Origin: Kondoa subrosea
Lineage: Eukaryota
Assembly: GCA_039545335.1 (NCBI GenBank)
Contig: BCIN01000010.1
Coordinates: 186,001 to 250,000, forward strand
Direction of reading: 5' to 3'
DNA: 64,000 nt
A program made the position numbers and the translations under genes. Shown one piece after another: positions 12,755-24,410 of this stretch; the first letter of the stretch is position 1, and each line of letters begins with the position of its first letter. Under the pieces are notes generated by a model. It searched no databases. It saw only the letters and a list, made by a program, of their open reading frames with translations, and was not told where the DNA came from.

Positions 12755-13318
12755 CGAATTGAATTATGGGTATAACAAGGATGCTTGATCTGGGATAAGC
12801 AGAAAGGGCAAGAAAGGCAGAACGTAGGGACATCCGTTCATCCAGAAATGCTATTCATAGCAAATCGATGTGTCATGAAAGCATGGCGAACACGGCCGCC
12901 AGAGGAATGTCACGAAGGGGATGAATCTTGAGCATACGGGTACGTGAGGGCTGCAGATGGAAGGCAGGACATCAAGTGGCAGATTCGAGGCGATAGCACA
13001 GAGTGAAGCTCCAAAGCAATGGCAGATTGGTCGGGGTTGCAACGTAGGACTCACGACGATTTGCTTATGGTTGAGAGACAAGCAGAGAGCACACGCCCAG
13101 GTCGGAATGAAGGCTAGATAGCATATTGCCATGAGCGCAAACGATACTTCCGAAGTCATTGTTTGAGACATCGAGAGACACAAATTTGTGTGAAGGACTA
13201 AGGGCTTGAGAGCATGCCCCGCACAGGATGTAGATCGTATATCATTGCAGCAACACTTCTCATCCACAAATAGGAGCACAGCCACGTAAGCCTTCCTCTC
13301 CCAAGCCATATAATTTTT

Positions 13319-15925
13319 CTACAGTAACATTCCGGCGATGGTCGCAGTCTGGCAGGTTGTCAAGTAGCCACAAGCGAGAGCACTCAATGCCGCAGATCTG
13401 CAGTGCTGGTAAGTGAAAATACGGGCTGAGCGAGTGCTATTAACGTACGCGATGACAGACTTTCTCCTAGGTCCGAGAGCAGACAATACACCGATTTGAA
13501 TACCAAGCGATCCAAGATTTGCGAAACCACAAAGCGCATATACGGCGATGTTCTGTAACCATCATTAGCTAAATTCAGAGAATTTGCAATATTGACTTAC
13601 GAAACCTCTCTCGGTCATGTCTGGTCGAAGCTGTTGTACTGCGGATTTGGAATATCTTAGGCATGGTCAGACAAGAGAGAAGCAAGAGAACTCACGACGC
13701 TGGTACGCAACGAATTCGTTGGCGACTAATTTTGTGCCCAAGAGACCGGAAACCGTGAGCAGATCTTGCTTGGGTACGCCCATCAACCACGAAAGGGGAT
13801 AAAATACGTAGCTGAAGATCAGCTCCAGGGAGAGAGGACCTTCGTTCGCGGTTAGTATAATGACTGAATATGAGCTCCAGGGAGAGAGCACCTTTGTTCG
13901 CAGTAGCGGTGATGTCGAAGGAAGAGCCAATGTAAGCGAGAAGTCCATTGACAGTGTAGACCAGAGCGAGAATAGTCAAAACATTGCACTGCTCAAATAG
14001 TCAAATAATGTCCAAGTTGTAGACGAGAAGCATACGAAGATCAGGCCAGCTACTCGTAAACCAAAATATGCTCCGTTTCCGTTTACGGCACGACTATCAG
14101 CTCAAGGAAAATCGGAAAATTTGAAAACTCACGAAAAGGCATGAAGAGCATTGGCTGCATCTTGACCTTCACGAGTGACGACGATCTTGCCTTTGGTCAT
14201 AGGCTGATCAGCTTCTGGCCATCTTAGTTTCGATACTGCGATGGCTGCTGGAATACTCATAATGCTGTGACCAATATCACTTTTCAAACAGAACTCAAAA
14301 GCATGATCACGTACGCGGAAGTGACAAGGTATACTGGAGGCATGCCGAAGCCGATGTATGCACTCAAGACTGAACCAGCGATGGTAGCGAAACCAGATGT
14401 AAGCATTTGGTGAATTTCAGAAGAAGTCATGGTGTTGACGTATGGCTGGATAATCACTTAGATACACCTCATAAATACACATAGGAGGAACACTGACCTT
14501 GACGAGACATGCTGATTCACCTTGTCCAATAAAAGGTGAGGCGGCAGCGACAACGGCTTCAGCACCAGAGATGTCCTGCAAAATTCATTTAGCCCTGTCT
14601 TGTACTATAGGATAACTGAGCTTACAAGAGTCTTCAAGAAGACCCATCCGAATTTGCGAATGATCCATTGAAGGATACCAGCATAGTAGCACATTTCGGC
14701 GAAAGCGATGAAGAAGATGATAGCTGGCAAGGTTGTAGCCTGGCACACGATTAGAATTGCCCCTAGCACGCAGAGACAAGCTCACAATGAACCAGAATTG
14801 TTCGACAGGACCGGTCCAGAAGAAAGCGGAAGCTGGGTAGGCTTGCTTTAAGAAATCACCAGCGAGAGTTGCGACCCAGTTGAACAAGTCATATCCTTTA
14901 TCAAGAGTTTAGCCGATATGCAAGTTTTTTGCAGTGAATACTGACCTGCACTTGTCTTCAAAACGAAAAGAGCAATAATTTGTTGCAGACCGAGACCGAC
15001 AATGATGGTGTGCCATTGAATAAGAGATTTGTTGTTGCATGACAAGTACAAGATAGCTTGGAACACGACCAGACCGAAGACTGATTGAGCGCGAGATCCG
15101 TAGTTACTTCCAGATGGCAAAGGGTTACCGAAGGCTGAACCAAGAACCAGCGCTAAAAGCAATACCCAACCAATAGCTAGACGAATACGTTTAGAGAGTT
15201 TGAACCATGGTGTTGAAACACTGGAGCTCCAGGCTTGCGATACAGGCTTGGTGATAACTCGGTTTGGAATATATTGGAAGGCGACTGAACATAAAACTTC
15301 AGTGATAGCTTCAGTCTGGAGCGGAATGACACTCACTGAGAAGGATGAAGAACCAGACAATAATGGAAGCCACAACAACAGCTGTGACATTTAATGAGAA
15401 ATAGCTAATTTGTTCAATCTAAAAGACTGACGACTTCTGGCTGCATCAACGAGGATAGTAGCGATCCACCAGCCCAGCAAGAGCACGATCAGGAAGGCCT
15501 GTCGTTAGTGCGGAGACATCAGCCAAAAATTCTCATGCTCTCCATCTTTCGGAAAAACTCACGTGAAGAATGGGAGTCTTCATCCTGTAGTACATACCCC
15601 TCCATCCAGGCATAGTCTTTTTGTCCCTCTCACGATATTCTATCATTTCAAGTTCTCGGGTTGTGAATACTTCATCCCCGCGTTGATCTGCGAAAATTTC
15701 ATGCGTTCAGCAAAATTGCTCTCATTCCTAAACAGATTGGGTAGACTTACGAAAGTGCGGTAGGATAGTTTCATCTGATACTGAATCAACTTTTGTTGGA
15801 TCTAGATCATCCACTACGTCGGGTTTCTTTTCAGGATCTCTGTTGAGAGCCGAAGGTTCATAAGATCCTTCATCTGAACTCTTGCCAGAGCCTGGTATCG
15901 AAGGTTTGTTCATCTGAGCAGACAT
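13319..15925 (-). CDS. Concentrative Na+/H+ nucleoside transporter (CNT/SLC28)
   Basis: [86 protein letters not shown]. Confidence 0.93.
13805..13905. repeat. 52-bp-period tandem duplication that forms the intron at 13840-13891
   Basis: Minus strand GCGAACAAAG|GTGCTCTCTCCCTGGAGCTCATATTCAG recurs as GCGAACGAAG|GTCCTCTCTCCCTGGAGCTGATCTTCAG. Confidence 0.9.
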
Positions 15926-16369
15926 GTTGAATGTACAGTTGGATGGTAGAGGACAGGAAGGAAGAGATAGCACTACTCGAGGAGCCGGATAGCCGTCCCC
16001 GCACACATGATCTTATCATAAGCTACCTCGTGATACCAATGTCTTGGTGTCGCCCTGACCCAAGGCGAAGACAGATAAGCACAACTTAAATCGTGGGGCA
16101 TTGCTCGGAGATGTGAGATAGCGCGAGAAAGGCAGACGCTGAACATGCAAGCAGGAAGGGAAAGTTGTGAGAAATGATGCCCACTAGCGATCGAGAGGAG
16201 GCAGAGGTATGGCTCTGCCCGAGGGTGCAGTAGCAGCTTATATAGATATGTAGTGATGCATAATACGTGCAACTCAAGACACTACTGCTCGGATTAAGAT
16301 CTGAAATTTGCACTTTTCGTTCTGCACGACGATTCTTGCATACCCGCAGCTTGATACGGCTGCAACTGC

Positions 16370-17964
16370 ATGTCCAGCTATGCGGTGCTTGGAGGGGGAA
16401 TATCAGGTCTTTCGGCTGCCTATCGATTGGCCAAATCTTCACCTTCAAGTCAAGTGACATTGATCGAAGCAAGTAATCGGTTAGGAGGATGGATGCAATC
16501 GCACAAACAAGAGGGAGGAGTGATCTTCGAGTCTGGACCTAGGACTATGCGACCTAAAGGCATTCGAGGCTGGTCGACAATCGCTTTGGTTAGCCTTGCA
16601 TTACACATCACTATTTGAGAACAAGCGCCAATATGTCCTCTGTGCTGTCAGATTGAGGAGCTCGGCATGTCAGATCAACTTTTGACTGTGTCCAAATCTC
16701 ATGCTTCAGCAAAGAATCGTTTCATCTACTATCCAGATCGTTTGAACAAACTACCTTCCTCCCTGCTTTCTTTGCTACCTGCTTTGCGTCAACCAGCTTT
16801 ACATGGTCTTCTTCCTTCTATACTCAAAGAACCATTTCAACCGTCATGCAGAGAAACAGATGAAAGCGTCGATTCCTTCTTTCGCAGGCGTTTCGGTTCA
16901 AACGTAGCAGACAACATGATTTCAGCTATGATCCGCGGAATATATGCTGGTGACTCTAGACAACTTTCGATAAGAGCTATCTTCCCTTCCCTTTGGCAAA
17001 TGGAGCGAAAACACGGGAGTGTACTTAAAGGCATGCTCACTTCTACACCGAAGGATTTGCAAGAAGAAGCTACCATTACTGGCTATAAATCAAAGCTTGA
17101 ACCTGGTCTGTTGAAAGAGTTGGAAGATTGTAGTGTTTGGGGAATCAAAGGCGGCATGGGCGCTTTGGCTATCAAGTTGGAAGAACATTTGAAAGCAAGA
17201 CCTAATGTCGAAATACTTCTCAATTCTCGTACTACCCAAATCACGTCTTCGAGCAATACGCATACTCTGCAGGTAAGTAAATTTCTCTTGCAGTTCTCCA
17301 ATAAAAACTCATGTCCTCTTAGCTACCGAACCGAACTCTGTCCTGCTCAAACCTCATCTCAGCTCTACCATCTACAGCTCTCCACTCTCTCCTTCTTCTA
17401 CCTCATCTCCAAGCCAATCCAACAGTTTCAGTAGGCGTAGTGAACCTTTCTTATCCCTCAGCAAACATCTTGCCCGTGAAAGGTTTCGGCTACCTCATCC
17501 CTCGTTCCACTCCTGCAGAAAATAACCCACATAAAGCACTAGGCGTAGTTTTTGATTCCGATTCCATGCCATATTTAAAAGATGGGGAAGAAGATCAAAC
17601 TAAATTATCCGTTTTAGTAGGAGGACATCAATATTCTTCATCGGAGGAAATGCCAAGTAACGGAAAATTGATTGAACAAGCTGTTGAAACTGTTGAAAAA
17701 CATTTGAGGATCAAGATGAAACCTAATTTGAAAGTTGCTCATCAGCAATACGATTGTATTCCACAATATGGAGTTGGTCATGTCGAACGAATGAAAGAGT
17801 TGCATGAAGCACTGAAAGGAAGTAGAGTTAGTGTAGTGGGAGCGAGTTATGATGGTGTTGGAGTGAATGACTGTATTTGGTCAGGACTACAAACTGCTGA
17901 TCGATTAGTAGCAAAAGGAGAAGCTACGGGATTAGAGGGCATAGCGAATGCAACGACGAAGTAG
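16370..17964 (+). CDS. HEM14: Protoporphyrinogen oxidase
   Basis: AVLGGGISGLSAAY, EASNRLGGW, FESGPRTMR, GIYAGD, GFGYLIP, CIPQYGVGH, GASYDGVGVNDCI. Confidence 0.95.
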
Positions 17965-18039
17965 GGAGGAATCGGGTCAAGTATGCTGCCCATTGATGAA
18001 AATGCAACGACAATGTGAATTTTAATGATGCAGTCGCAC

Positions 18040-18915
18040 TCAATCAATGAGCTGCTTCCTCTTGAAATAACTTCGAAGATAGATCACTTGCCAAGCTCCC
18101 AGCGTAACAAGCGTTGCTGCTGATAATAGTGAGAACCAGCGAACTCGTTGGTTTGTCGACTCTGTCAGATACAGGAATGTCGTTATGAGAATGAGTCTCA
18201 GGCTAGCGAGTCCATACTGACCATTCGTATCACGCATTCGTGCTTCTCTCCTTTTGAGGTAATTCAACTCATCCACAATCTCCTTGACTACTCCTTCCAA
18301 CTTCCTCATTTCTACTTCCAGGCCAGATAGTGATTCTGGTAGCGAGAAACTAGTTAGCCGACCACCACGGCTATGTCGTTCAATCGCTAACCTTGTTTCG
18401 CTATCGCATTGTAATCTACTGCATCTGCTCCAATGTCCACGCTGCGGCAGTACAATCAGCGCAAACGATTGATCATAAGGGAGATACTTACTCTAGATCT
18501 ATAGCCCTCTTGTATTTCGGTGCTTGACTGTCCGGTATTTCTACAACAATTCAACGTGTCAGATTCAATGCACACAGATCCCAGTTTGAGACTGACTGTT
18601 ATCCAAATGATTCCTGAAGCACACTCCCAAATCCGCATCCGCATGAGTAGTGATAGCGATCCTAGTTTCGCCCATAACGTTTCTCTTTGTTTGATAAATG
18701 TTTCGATGATTGGATCCATCAATGACTTCTAAATCCACTCTTTGGTTGCCTAAACCTCCCTTCTCTACATTTGCTGTTATCACTACTAAAGTATCGGCCA
18801 TGGCATAGTTCCAGATGCATTTCAGAGGTGGGTTCGTTGATGCTTGAATATCAAACTTTACAGCCGAAACTAGAGAGGAAGAAAGCAGGAGTAGGATCGC
18901 GTAAGGTAAGAGCAT
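18040..18915 (-). CDS. ERV25: p24 family vesicle protein (TMED10/Erv25)
   Basis: Signal peptide, GOLD domain, [49 protein letters not shown]. Confidence 0.92.
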
Positions 18916-18991
18916 CGTGAGCCAGTCGTAAGGAAGTCGTTTGCGGGCGAAAGTCACTGCATGAGGTTGACCTTCTTCGACGGGCAACGTA

Positions 18992-19185
18992 AAGTCCAAG
19001 TTTTGCTCCAAGTTGAAACTCCAAGTATGCTATGTTACATAGCATACTTGGAGTACTTGGACATGCGGTGTTCCAAGTGCTCCAAGTTCGTCCAAGTCTG
19101 CGTCCAAGTCTTGCCTAGTGGACTTCTCGTGCCCTGCTGAGGCTTTCCTTGACCCCTCTGTGCATCATTTCCAACAAACTTGGAT
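18992..19185. repeat. Cluster of ~10 TCCAAGT/ACTTGGA heptamers with a 37-bp palindrome
   Basis: Copies at ~18995, 19007, 19020, 19046, 19055, 19072, 19081, 19091, 19103, 19178; palindrome ACTCCAAGTATGCTATGT-T-ACATAGCATACTTGGAGT at 19018-19054. Confidence 0.92.
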
Positions 19186-20463
19186 GTTTCTTTAGCTCTG
19201 TGCTATATCATTTCTTCTTCTAGTTCTATGTACTTCAATTATCTCCATTAGCACCTGCTATCCCTCTTGATCTGCAGTANTATCTTGCGTCGTAAATCTC
19301 CTGAGTCTGCATTGCATGCAAGAAATGCGAGCTACGGCTAGCTCTGCTGATTTTCCTGTGTTATTGAGATTGCTCCAGGCAGTCTCCTTGCACGACGGCA
19401 GGACCCGAGATGTCCCTTTGTATTGTTTTCTGCTGAAATGGCCGTCTTCTGCTGTTGTAGTACATTTTGTGTCTCTGAGCGAGCCGATAGCCCTCTGACC
19501 GAGTATTATTAGTGCACAGTCCCAGAAGTACAGTCATAGATCATACAGCAGGAAACTAGAAGCAAGCTGATCTGTCATACAGGTAGCTTATAGGAGGTAA
19601 AAAGGTGCTAGACTGGGATAGCACGAAGGACGGTCGCAGACAGCGGTCAAGCGAAAGAGAAAGAAAAGGAATGAAACACTTAATTATCTTCAGTATCGAA
19701 TGAACGCTAAGCTGGAAGAAAGACAATATGACAGTTTGATCGCGAGTCGACCAGAAGATACTGCGAACACCAGAGAGTCACTCTTCAGGTGACTATCTAG
19801 AGAAATATCTTGTATGGCAGTGCAGCAGAAGCTGCGTTCCCTCCAAGAGAGAGAAGAGAAGTTCTATCAATCAGGTAGTGGTGCTTCAGGATAGTGGAAT
19901 AAGACGGATTGTTGCTTTGATATTTCGAGGCTCGATAAATCAAAAGCATATGTCCGCCAATAACATTGCGACGTCTCAAACAGACGAGAACTTGCAACTA
20001 GGAATTGTGTCCGGGCAGAGCAGCATCTGGCGCGGAAGAAAAAGAGGCTGAAGATTGTAATGCTGATGTACGACATACCTCGATTTCACTATCACAGAAC
20101 TGAAACTTGATAGATTTGACAGCTGCTGCGCACTGCGGAGCAATCACCGAGAAAAAGAGAGTCAATACTCATGTTGGACTGCTTCGGGCTGATGTATATG
20201 TATGTAGACACAAATCCTGAAAGATATAATAGATCGATTCAGCTGAAATAAACCATTTGCTATGCTCGGCTGAGCGCACTTACGTCCATTGCAATAGATA
20301 GTGTGATAATTGCGTACAATGACCCATGCATTGATTGAAAAATTCGGCAGCAGTACCTGAAGCGGAATACTAAAAGCATACACAATGATGCATCAAATCA
20401 TCTGCTTGTCTCGCAGATGTCAAGAAGATCAGACTTACAATGCTTTGACCGGAGATACAAGCA

Positions 20464-20503
20464 TTTTATAAGGGTACTTGGGCGAAACTTGGACTACTTG
20501 GAG
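20464..20503 (-). promoter_or_regulatory. Three CCAAGT motifs directly upstream of TATAAAA on the minus strand
   Basis: Minus strand CTCCAAGTAGTCCAAGTTTCGCCCAAGTACCCTTATAAAA; regulatory role is inferred. Confidence 0.45.
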
Positions 20504-21567
20504 CAAGTGAGCATGACTATTTCGGAGTTCAGAGTTTTAGTCACCACTATTTTCATGCTGGGCGTTACTGCAAGGCCCGATACAGGTATTGAGCAGGTTC
20601 GAGGGGTCTTCGTAGCTTTAGCGTTCGGTTTGTTGTTTCCGAAATACGGTAACGAGATACAGACTGTCGCGCTTGAGATGATCATGCATATGCTACTGAT
20701 CAAGGGAAAGACTTTACTGATGAGCTTGAGCATGCGACATCAAGATCTTACTTACATAAGTTGTTTGCTGTTGAGGATGAAATTTCCTAGACAATACTGA
20801 CAATCAGCTTGTGGTAGATTTATCTTCAGAGATCTCTAGAGAGCCAAAGTGCCATCACACAAGGCGTTATTGCCTGAGAATCACGAACACCGATTAATAC
20901 ATCCGCTACACAAGAAGGATAACTTACCCTTTGACCTACTCGGGAAAACAGCGGTTGATCTATCAGATATTAATGAGACCGCACGAGTGCTGTCAAGATA
21001 ACTTGACGTAAAGCAGCTCTGAGATATAGATAAATAGCGAAAGACAATAAGTGTTCAGCTGCGTTTCGATATTAGATCTGATCTATCGTTCTCATGGAAT
21101 ACTCACTCAGCACAGTCTCTCTGTTCTCATTCATGACCAGCCTTTGTCCAAGTCCAGGACCAGAAGCCCTCGTTGCGTACATGATCATTCAATACATTGT
21201 CAGGAAGCTTTGAAACGAGGCAAGAATAGATTTTGTGTTCAGTGAATACCTTTCATTACTACAGCAGAGAGGATAGTAGGCACAGCCGTACTACAAGGAT
21301 GTAAGTCGCGTAACACACAGGATTGGGTTGCATCGGGTTCAATGAAAACAAATGACAACAGGCAGCGTTGCAACGCGGAAGACGATTAGTCTAATGACCA
21401 ATTGTGCTGTAGTAGATAGTAGTAGAGAAGTGGAGCGATGAATGAGCAAGTCCTCCAAAATGGAAACAAAAAGGTCACAAAGATTGCCGTCGCAAGCAAA
21501 GGACTGGACGGGCGCCAGACTGTTGCGCTGGTGTCGTAGATGATATATTGAGCCACTGCGCGAATGC

Positions 21568-21622
21568 ACTTGGGTGGTACAAGTCCAAGTTATGCTACTT
21601 GGACTTGGACACTTGGAGTTTC
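21568..21622. repeat. Cluster of 5 CCAAGT/ACTTGG motifs with a palindrome
   Basis: CAAGTCCAAGT-TATGCT-ACTTGGACTTG (21580-21607), then GACACTTGGAGTTTC. Confidence 0.9.
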
Positions 21623-21655
21623 TCAGCCCCGCCTTCTTCGAGCACCAACATAAAG

Positions 21656-22903
21656 ATGGCAGCAGCAAACAAGGAGACCGAGAAAGGGATGGCTTTCAAT
21701 GGTCAGTCTGAATGACGCGTGCTCATATATAGTACCGACTGATTTGCGACTGGAATACAGAAATAATGCAAGTGTTGCAAGAGTTCCGTGAATCCTTTTT
21801 CTCTCTCACCTTGTCCCTTTTCTTGTTTCTCATTCTGTGTCTCTTTGTGCAAGCTCTGCAGTGGAAGTAGCTATCCACAATATTCTTTATCTTCGTTCCG
21901 TTTATCCAGCAGGTAAACCCTGTCTGCTAAAAGTGATACATGCAACGCAAGCTCACTAACACCGTGCTGGTAGACCTTTTCGAGAAGTTCAAGAAGTATA
22001 ATGTCCCAGTTTATAAAGCTCGACATCCTCAATTATCTGCTTACGTAGCCGAGATTGTCAAATCAGCAATGGAGAACATCGTCAAGGTACGCTCTCTGTC
22101 TTCTTCTTTTGCTGCTATGTCGTCGTCCTGATAATGATGTAAAAGGGACTAGTCAAAAAACTCATCATCGCTATAAAAGATGCGACGACGGATGAAACGC
22201 TAGAACATTTCGTCTTTTCCCTTATGTGGGTTAAACCATTAGCTTTCTTTGCGAATGAGGATGCAGTACGATCGTTTGTCATTCCCGACTCTTTTGCTAG
22301 CACAATAGCTAAAAGCGTCTCGGATTGTAAACAGATTCGATTCGGGCATGAGTCGAGCAGACGCGGAATTGATGCTTCGTGCTTTCCTCTTGAAATTATC
22401 TACTGTCGAAGCACAACTGGGAGGACTGAAAGAAGGTGAGACTCACTGACTGCTGTTGTTTGCTTTCAAACTCAGGAGTACGAGTGGACACACAGACTTG
22501 ACTTTCTCTGTCATTATTGAATTGGCGGATGACATTAATATACCACATCAACCTGCGGATGAACCAATTCCTTGGTTACCTGCTTCTATGGAGGAAGAAA
22601 GGTTGACTGAAGAAATGTACAAGAATTCTAGACTGCAGTCAGTTCCTCTCATTGGCTTTATTATGATGAAGAAGTGATTTATCAAAAATTCACAGCGCAT
22701 TGAAGTGGACCCAATTAGGCATTGTTGATGTGAGTCTCGTTCGTGTCTTGGTTTGAGCCGATACTGACGGGCGACTGCAGCTATCGCTCCAGGTGGAAGA
22801 ATCGCCGCTGAAGATCCGCTCAGCTCTCAGAGAACAAGAAATGCTATCTTCTGCTGATTCGACACGTTTCACAAAGGAGGAGAAGGGTAAAGGGAAAGCT
22901 TAA
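21656..22903 (+). CDS. REV7: DNA polymerase zeta subunit Rev7 (HORMA domain)
   Basis: EFLEVAIHNILYLRSVYPADLFEKFKKYNVPVYKARHPQLSAYVAE, LEHFVF, LMLRAFLLKL, LTFSVIIEL, IPWLPA. Confidence 0.88.
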
Positions 22904-23212
22904 CACGAGTCCTCTTGATGATTGTGATGCTGTAATCCTTTTGGGCTTTCATTGATATAGCAATCCAATGTGTATATTAAGCGAGAATCCTGCCCATGCA
23001 GACAGTTACATGGCGGTTGACGCGTTGAGGGCTTCGATTGGCAGACGCGTTTTGACCCTTTGCGCTTCTATTCCATTCGACCAAACCTAGTATCTCCATA
23101 ATCGCACCCAGCTTGACGCTTTCATACCATTCACACTCTTTTATAACGCCCTTTGTATTCATTTTGTCCTGAAAACCTTCACGTCTCAACCCCGAAAAAG
23201 AAAACAAACTCG

Positions 23213-24096
23213 ATGATCCGACTTCTGCTCCTCTTGCAATGCATTTACCTGGTGCTAGGCCTTAATATAACTGCACCAATTGCTGGTCAGACTTGGGAGT
23301 GAGTATTCAATCTGCAACTTTCATGCGTTTCAAAGCTGAGAATAGAATCCCAGTGTCGCTCAACCTTTACTTGTCTGTAAGTCTGCGGAAACGCAGAGAA
23401 TGGACTATGCTGATCCAATGGAATACTCAGCATGGACTAAACCAATCGCTGGAGATCCCGACAATTTCTCTCTGCTTTTGATGAAACCTGGATCTAGCGA
23501 TTAGTGCGTTAGACATGCTACGCAAGACGCGCAAAAGACTGATGTTTCAGTAACATTTAGTGTCGTGCTCGATGTCAACACAGATGCGTCGCTACAGAAG
23601 CTCAAAGTGAAGGTCCCTGATGGTTCAGAAACGTTAGTCTGATATTCGTAATTCAGGAAGATCGCTGATTGGGGTTGCAGAGGAGATGGTTCAGGCTTCG
23701 TGATCGCTTTCGTCGAACCTCCCTCGACATATTACGCGTATGTCTTCAGTTCTTGTCTGTGGAGACTAAACTTATGCGGACGACCGCAGTGTCAGCCCTC
23801 CAATTAGTGTCACCAACTCAGCATCGCTACTCGAAGATACACCAGCGAAAGATGCAGCTCCTTCGCAAAGCACTCCTGTAACGACGATCCGAGCAAACGG
23901 GCGAAATGGCGCTTTACCTTCTTCTTCTCCCACCTCCTCGAGTTTGACTCAGCAAGCTATCACTGCAAAAGTCGGGGTCGCTTTATCTGCTGCTACCCCA
24001 AGCTCTTCTTCTTTACCTACTACTTCCAGCGCATCAACCCTTACGATCAGTTTACTAGTGGGAATAATTTGCTGCTTGTGCTGGCTATTTGTGTAA
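23213..24096 (+). CDS. Secreted Ser/Thr-rich, probably GPI-anchored protein (Kre9/KNH-N-like)
   Basis: MIRLLLLLQCIYLVLGLNITAPIAGQTW signal; last exon S/T-rich, ending in hydrophobic TISLLVGIICCLCWLFV*; internal exons only partly resolved. Confidence 0.7.
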
Positions 24097-24410
24097 CGCA
24101 AGATCGAAAGGGAACTTCACGAGAGGAAATAAGTAACGCTGGACGTAAAATTGTAATACTTGTACTTCTTGTTGAGTCAATAGCTTGCTCGATTAACAAC
24201 ATTTCGATTGCCTGCCCTATTTTCCAATTCTGCTGATGTTCTCAAAGGCATTCCCTCTCCTTTCAAGATGTCTGTGGGGTGCCTGTTTCTAGGGCTAAAG
24301 AAGTGACGGAGAAGACGACTCAAGTCGCAGAGGGTCACCAATGTTCAACGAACAGCGCGCTGCAGGGGCAACGCTTCCAGCAGACCACACATTCATTGGC
24401 TCATTGCTTG

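Noticed and set aside
12851..13309. 152-aa minus-strand ORF between the transporters
   Set aside because: No motifs; lies in the CNT 3' UTR and MFS promoter region.
18992..19110. CRISPR-like array
   Set aside because: Eukaryotic DNA; repeats are 7-mers in both orientations with mostly 2-6 bp gaps, not repeat-spacer units.
19280..19280. Single N base
   Set aside because: Assembly ambiguity, not biology; it could hide a join, so the island length needs read confirmation.
20417..20800. 127-aa plus-strand ORF as a gene
   Set aside because: No recognisable motifs; it overlaps the motif cluster; likely a chance ORF.
19200..21500. Telomerase RNA or pheromone precursor in the island
   Set aside because: No TTAGGG/CCCTAA template-like run and no short repeated CAAX-ending ORF was seen.
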